Source: a virus. Taken from it: DNA of 64,000 nt. A program made the position numbers and the translations under genes. The notes beneath the pieces were generated by a model. The model ran no database searches. It had not been told where the DNA came from and saw only the letters and a program-made list of their open reading frames with translations. The first letter of the stretch is position 1, and each line of letters opens with the position of its first letter. Where the stretch lies: positions 12,490 to 76,489 of IMG/VR virus record IMGVR_UViG_3300036790_000811. The stretch is one strand, 5' to 3'. Positions 60,021 through 64,000 of this stretch are shown here, piece after piece.

Positions 60021-60206
60021 TTACTTCTGTCCAGGGGTAACGCCGGAATCGGCGATGAGAGAGCCGAGCTGCATCCACAGTCCCCCGAGCTGGAGGGCCT
60101 TCTCGTATGCCGGGGCCTTCTGGTCCAGCTTCTCCGCCCGCGACAACCACCAGCCCGAGAAGTCGAACGCCTCGTGCGCGGTAATGGCCCTGACCTCTTC
60201 GCTCAT
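60021..60206 (-). CDS. Hypothetical protein
   Basis: GAGGA RBS; 61 aa. Confidence 0.7.
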   Translation of the reverse strand: MSEEVRAITAHEAFDFSGWWLSRAEKLDQKAPAYEKALQLGGLWMQLGSLIADSGVTPGQK

Positions 60207-60274
60207 ATGTTCCTCGTCCCCTTATCCGTACGTGCTGTAAGCACAAAGTCCTTGCGCTGGCCTGCCTGGTTCCG

Positions 60275-60327
60275 TGGTCGCGAGAGGGTTTGAACCTCTG
60301 CCCCGGAGGGCCTCGCCAAGCGCGACC
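60275..60327 (-). ncRNA. Anticodon-less tRNA-like element
   Basis: GGTCGCG/CGCGACC-A acceptor; AGAGG-TTCAAAC-CCTCT T arm; small GCCC-TCCG-GGGC hairpin. Confidence 0.65.
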
Positions 60328-60505
60328 GTAACCCCGTTTGCCGCTTCCGCCATGTCCGGCGGGGTACAGCTACTAAGGGTGACGCACTTCCATCTATGTA
60401 GCCGGAGCGCCAAACGCCGACTGTCATGGTCTTCTCCGATTTAATGCCCGCAGGTTCACGGGGTTTGAGGGTCTGGCCTCGCCATGACGGAACTTAGTGA
60501 CCCTG

Positions 60506-60549
60506 TGGTCCGGGCGGGATTGAACCGCCTGGCCTCCTAAGGCCGGACC
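60506..60549 (-). ncRNA. Anticodon-less tRNA-like element overlapping an upstream stop codon
   Basis: GGTCCG/CGGACC-A; GGCGG-TTCAATC-CCGCC T arm. Confidence 0.55.
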
Positions 60550-60949
60550 TTCCAGTCGCGGGGGCCTTGTCCCGCTCCGATGGCCGGTCCCGAAATTTTT
60601 CCCCCCGGGGAACACTTCTCGCACCTTACGGGGAGGAAGTGACCCTCGTGCTGAGGGTCCTCGCGCTTCACGTGGTCCGCGACGGTGTGCCCGCCACGAA
60701 CTCGCTCCGCTGCCTTGCGCCGGTCCCTGCGGGCCTTCGTCATAGCCATGCCGGGGGCTTCCCTTCCCTGACGGCCTTGCGGGTGCGCTGCTCGCACTCC
60801 ATGGCCAGGTCGATTCTCGAATGACGGTGCGGACAGCAGCGGGATACCTCCGGGAACTGCGCACGATACGCCGGCTTCTTCGATGACCAGACGGTCTGGC
60901 TGTACCGGAAGCCGAGACCGAGCGGAACCGACCACGTTATTCTCGCCAT
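60537..60949 (-). CDS. Two small hypothetical genes (60949-60740, 60749-60537)
   Basis: AGGAGGAG RBS before 60949; overlapping arrangement. Confidence 0.6.
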
Positions 60950-61157
60950 AGTCTCCTCCTCGGGATATCTCTGCCGGCCTTCAGCCGCTCGATGTCTTCA
61001 GGCTGATCTTCACGATCTTCCTTTGGGTGCCCCTCCCCGCGCCAACGGGGAGGGACCGATCCGCGCCACGAACCACAACAGAACAACTATCAGCGGGAGC
61101 GGCCCGGTGGACCGCTCCCTTGAGACAGTAGAAGGGGGTGGTCTTCCGCTGTCCCCG

Positions 61158-61228
61158 AGCCCCTTAGACGAATCGAACGCCTGTTAACTGAGCACGACAC
61201 AGCAGCTCTGCCACTGAGCTAAAGGGGC
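61158..61228 (-). tRNA. tRNA-Thr(CGT)-like with an atypical anticodon loop
   Basis: GCCCCTT/AAGGGGC acceptor; GCTC D arm; TTCGATT T loop; anticodon loop GT-CGT-GC. Confidence 0.7.
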
Positions 61229-61381
61229 ATGCGGCCCTCCCGCTCCGACAGGAGGGCCGACTGGCGAGAACGCTTCTGTAACAAGACGATCTCACCGGTT
61301 CGGACGGGACGGAGGAAAGGATGAGAAACCCCGCCACGTCCTGGTTGGTCTGTGTATATGTCAACGTGTTGCCTTGCCGGG

Positions 61382-61856
61382 CTATTCCCTCCGGCAGGAT
61401 CTGTCGTGGTGTCCGCTGACGCAGCAGGGGCACCTCAGGAAATCTTCGTCCTCGTCCATCGGGCACGGGCACATCCGTTTGCAGGCCCGGCACCGGCACC
61501 GCAGGTCAATCGTCGCGTTTCCCGGCCTCGTGCCCGCCGGTCCCGCCGGGTGCGTCGAGTAGCCGCTCACAGCACATCAGCCAGTCGCACCAGACGAGCT
61601 CCCCGCAGGCGGCGATCGTGGTCCCGAGGAACATCACCGCCCAGGGTGACCCGCTTCCCCAGGTATAGCCGAGGGCCCAGCCGCTGACCAGGATCAGCGC
61701 GAGACTGAACAGCCATAGCCGCCTCACTTCTTCGGGGGCCGGCCGTCGGCTGGTCCCTTGTTCTGCCCCGAGCCGCCCTTGTCGCCCCGGCCGGGTCCAC
61801 CGGAGCCTCCTGAACCCTGTCCGGGCTTCGGGGTTCCGGGATGATCTTTGCCCACC
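61382..61856 (-). CDS. Three small genes: Gly/Pro/Lys-rich (~61856-61724), membrane (61727-61506), Cys-rich (61570-61382)
   Basis: AAGGAG RBS; GTGA overlap. Confidence 0.55.
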
Positions 61857-61910
61857 GTTCTCCTTGAGTTCCGGGCGGGGGTACCACCCTGAGCTTCCAC
61901 GTTCCTCGGG

Positions 61911-62050
61911 TGCCCGTGCTCTACCGTCTGAGCTACCTTGCTAATGCAACACCTTCGACCGTAAGCGCTGAATCTCTTACGCCGTCGGCTTTCACCGGGA
62001 CTCTCACCCGGCTCAGGGAGGGATTTGAACCCCCGGCCTCGGGCCTGACG
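61911..62050 (-). tRNA. Degenerate circularly permuted tRNA-Asp(GTC)-like module with a ~70-nt structured linker
   Basis: GTC-AG-GCCCG-AGGCC-GGGGG-TTCAAAT-CCCTC comes first; TA-GCTC-AGACGGTA-GAGC-A-CGGGC comes later; weak acceptor stem. Confidence 0.55.
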
Positions 62051-62113
62051 CTGAACGCTTCCGTCATCAGGACAGATCCCCGCCCGGACGATGAGAGAGG
62101 TACCCCCAGGGGA

Positions 62114-62191
62114 AGACGGTGCTCTGTCGCTGAGCTACCGGAACCTGTGATGCTCCGGGGAGGACTCAAACCTCCGACACCCGTCTTGTGA
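62114..62191 (-). tRNA. Circularly permuted tRNA-Val(CAC): 3' half 62191-62151, linker, 5' half 62144-62114
   Basis: Rejoining gives GTTCCGG TA GCTC AGCGACA GAGC A CCGTC TT CAC AA GACGG GTGTC GGAGG TTTGAGT CCTCC CCGGAGC A, with all four stems paired. Confidence 0.8.
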
Positions 62192-62240
62192 TCCCAAGGG
62201 AGATCTCTCTCAAAGGACGGGAGAGAGGGTACCGCACCAG

Positions 62241-62319
62241 GTCCGGCGTCCTAGCCACGTTAGACGATCCCCCGATGAGCCGGGGGCGAGAGCATCGAAC
62301 TCCCATTACCGGACTGAGA
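62241..62319 (-). tRNA. Circularly permuted tRNA-Glu(CTC): 3' half 62319-62280, linker, 5' half 62274-62241
   Basis: Rejoining gives CGGGGGA TC GTCT AACGTGGCTA GGAC G CCGGA CT CTC AG TCCGG TAAT GGGAG TTCGATG CTCTC GCCCCCG G; Glu-type D arm and short variable loop. Confidence 0.78.
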
Positions 62320-62384
62320 TCCGCTACAGATCCCCTCTCCCTTCAGCCCTTGCGGGACCTGCATGCCGCAGGGGTACCGGTGAA

Positions 62385-62472
62385 CTCCGACAGTGGGATT
62401 CGAACCCACGGGATCCCTCGGGACCCGGCGGCTTTCAAGGGCCGCTGCATTCAGCCACTCTGCCACGTCGCA
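62385..62472 (-). tRNA. tRNA-Ser(TGA) embedded in an extended acceptor stem
   Basis: GCGGC-CT TGA AA-GCCGC; long variable arm; GTGGG-TTCGAAT-CCCAC; G73; G2:G71 mismatch. Confidence 0.8.
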
Positions 62473-62613
62473 GTTCTCTCACTAGATTCCTGCCAGCGCC
62501 GCATGCGAGGGCGCTTAACCGGGAGGGTACCGCGTCGGCGTTATGTCCCTTGGGGCTAACCCTAGGACTGGCGCTATCGGCAGATCCTTCCGGTAACGGG
62601 GTACCGCCACTAA

Positions 62614-62684
62614 CCTCCGGCAGGGGACTCGAACTCCTACTTCCTGGCCTCTACCAGGCGTGCTGCCAATTACACTAGCCAGTT
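62614..62684 (-). tRNA. tRNA-Gln-like body with a defective 6-nt anticodon loop
   Basis: GTGT-AATTGGCA-GCAC D arm; CCTGG-TAGAGG-CCAGG; TTCGAGT T loop; partial acceptor stem. Confidence 0.55.
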
Positions 62685-62698
62685 CGGCAGATCCCGTC

Positions 62699-62764
62699 GC
62701 GGGCTGGCGGAGGCTTGAACTCCGCTGCATGCCGGCCGGGAGTGTCCCGGCTCGTTCAGCCCAC
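62699..62764 (-). ncRNA. tRNA-like element at the head of the array
   Basis: GGGCTG/CAGCCC stem; GCGGAG-TTCAAGC-CTCCGC T-like arm; GCCGGGA-CAC-TCCCGGC hairpin. Confidence 0.5.
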
Positions 62765-62875
62765 CGAATCAAGGATAATTTGAATTGTCAAGAAAACGCC
62801 CGTCAAGAGGCTTCCGGGGGTCTCATCCGTCCCCGTCTTTGTCAACCCTATCAAGCATCCCCGGGGGACGCAAGG

Positions 62876-63109
62876 TCAATCTGATCGTCCTTGCGCCAGG
62901 AGCCGCTGGACTTCTGTCCAGCTGTACCGTCTATGCCCACCTAGTGTCCGTATTGAGGCGATTTTTCCCTCTTTGGCCCACCGGGTAACGGTTTTCGGAT
63001 CACAGGCAAATATTGTACTCACCTGTGCCGGAGTGAGAAGTTTGTCTGCCCCGGAAGCGAGCTGGGCGATGAAGTCGTCCGGCTCGTCCTTCGCTACGAT
63101 GATCTTCAT
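62876..63109 (-). CDS. bldC: BldC-family MerR-like DNA-binding protein
   Basis: LLTPAQVSTIFACDPKTVTRWAKEGKIASIRTLGGHRRY closely matches the Streptomyces BldC core (LLTPAEVATMFRVDPKTVTRWAKAGKLTSIRTLGGHRRY, from memory). Confidence 0.88.
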   Translation of the reverse strand: MKIIVAKDEPDDFIAQLASGADKLLTPAQVSTIFACDPKTVTRWAKEGKIASIRTLGGHRRYSWTEVQRLLAQGRSD

Positions 63110-63158
63110 ATCCTCATCTTATCGGTTATCCCCGTACAGCACTGAATTTCCGGACATC

Positions 63159-63638
63159 TTACCGCACGGCTCTGGTATCCAGCCGGTGATTGTGATCGTC
63201 ACACGCCTGGATCGCCAGCTCGGGGACGGTGAAGCAGGCGATGGGCGCATCGTCCTTCCAGTTCGCCGCGATCCCCGTCACCGCGTAGACGTTGCAGGCG
63301 TTGGTCCGGCCCACCCGCCAGGGGACGAACGCGGCCACCGCGATGGCGTCCCGGTACCGGGCGTACGTGTCCGCGATAGCCCGCCGGTCGTCGTCGGCCA
63401 GCTCACTGCGCTGATCCGGGTTGTTCATGCCGCTCCAGTCGTGAGGGAGTTCATGCCCGGGAGACCTGACGCAGGCCACTCCGGCCCGGCCGACGGCTCC
63501 GCACGTGTTCTCCATCGCCACGCTCCTCATGTGACTTTCCACGCTGCGTCTGGTCAGCTCCGCCGGGTCGGTGGCGGTCTCCACGTCGCAGGCCAATGCC
63601 AGTCGGCGGAACTCCCTGAGCCACTCAGGACTGGTCAC
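63159..63638 (-). CDS. Hypothetical protein
   Basis: GTGA overlap with the upstream gene; PWRVG…A.QAC.DHN. Confidence 0.7.
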   Translation of the reverse strand: MTSPEWLREFRRLALACDVETATDPAELTRRSVESHMRSVAMENTCGAVGRAGVACVRSPGHELPHDWSGMNNPDQRSELADDDRRAIADTYARYRDAIAVAAFVPWRVGRTNACNVYAVTGIAANWKDDAPIACFTVPELAIQACDDHNHRLDTRAVR

Positions 63639-64000
63639 CGGATCATCCTGTCACTCTTGGCCCGGTTGTGGCGCCCACATAGCAGCTGGCAGTTCTCCAG
63701 CGTCGACTGTCCTCCCCGGGACCACGGAACGATGTGGTCGAACTGGATGTCCTTCCGGCTACCGCAGGTACGGCAACAGCCCCCGTCCCTCGCGGCTACC
63801 GCGACTTTCACCGACTGCGGGAAGGAGCGCGAGGTCCGCTGCGGCACAGGCCCGGGGCGTATCCGGGTCCCGGCCCAGATCAGGGCTCCCGTCAGTAGGA
63901 CCGGGAGGATGAACCACATCGCCAGCACGTGCCACGTCAGCATTTGCGCAACGGCGAAGATCAGGATCAGGGCGCAGTAGGTCCCGCCGCCTTTTCTCAT
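63635..64000 (-). CDS. Membrane-anchored HNH endonuclease
   Basis: Two TM segments followed by RDGGCCRTCG…FDHIVPWSRGG…ENCQLLCGRHNRAKS. Confidence 0.85.
   Translation of the reverse strand: MRKGGGTYCALILIFAVAQMLTWHVLAMWFILPVLLTGALIWAGTRIRPGPVPQRTSRSFPQSVKVAVAARDGGCCRTCGSRKDIQFDHIVPWSRGGQSTLENCQLLCGRHNRAKSDRMIR

Larger units (their letters stand above)
61880..62694 (-). repeat. Array of six RNA modules, each bounded by GGATCT…GGTACC
   Basis: Strict alternation on the + strand: GGTACC at 61880, 62099, 62228, 62373, 62526, 62600; AGATCC/AGATCT/AGATTCC at 62074, 62201, 62328, 62484, 62582, 62689. Confidence 0.85.

Noticed and set aside
60440-60475. TPP-riboswitch-like word CCCGTGAACCTG
   Set aside because: It lacks the CTGAGA motif and the downstream conserved elements.
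60275-60549. tmRNA (one- or two-piece) reading of the tRNA-like elements
   Set aside because: There is no G3-U70 alanine identity pair or GGGG 5' end, each element closes on itself, and no tag ORF is evident.
61985-62070. Possible hammerhead ribozyme (CTGATGA … GAAA on the - strand)
   Set aside because: CTGATG pairs locally with CGTCAGG, the two core motifs are separated by a tRNA half, and I could not build stems I-III.
61880-62694. CRISPR interpretation of the repeated motif array
   Set aside because: The repeats are only 6-8 nt, two different motifs alternate, spacing is irregular, the cargoes are tRNA-like, and no cas genes are present.

Overview
This is a 64-kb segment of a large, GC-rich tailed (siphovirus-like) phage of a filamentous actinobacterium; BldC, DUF397 and Rpf homologues point to that host. 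The + strand (~0.3-55.2 kb) is the virion and lysis operon. It runs: LysM-Rpf, terminase, a portal-MuF-Nudix-ParB polyprotein carrying an intein, protease/scaffold, major capsid, a nucleotide-sugar/glycosyltransferase cluster, neck and tail genes with a -1 chaperone frameshift, tape measure, minor tail proteins, lysis genes and dCTP deaminase. Seven free-standing homing endonuclease genes interrupt this operon, each with its own leaderless promoter. The - strand (55.2-64 kb) carries small genes and an RNA-rich region. The most striking feature is at 61.88-62.70 kb (- strand): an array of six RNA modules, each closed by the same GGAUCU/GGUACC stem. Two modules hold well-formed circularly permuted tRNAs (Val-CAC, Glu-CUC; 3' half encoded before 5' half, same 32/33 junction). 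One holds a degenerate permuted Asp-like tRNA, two hold normally ordered tRNA bodies, and one holds only a hairpin. Four anticodon-less tRNA-like minihelices punctuate the same transcript. A second unusual system is the use of the rare UUA (bldA-type) codon. Two virion genes need the same frame change at T-TTA-AC, several genes reach a TTA where the protein appears to end, and the tape measure gene appears to start at ATT. All calls were made by eye, without database searches.
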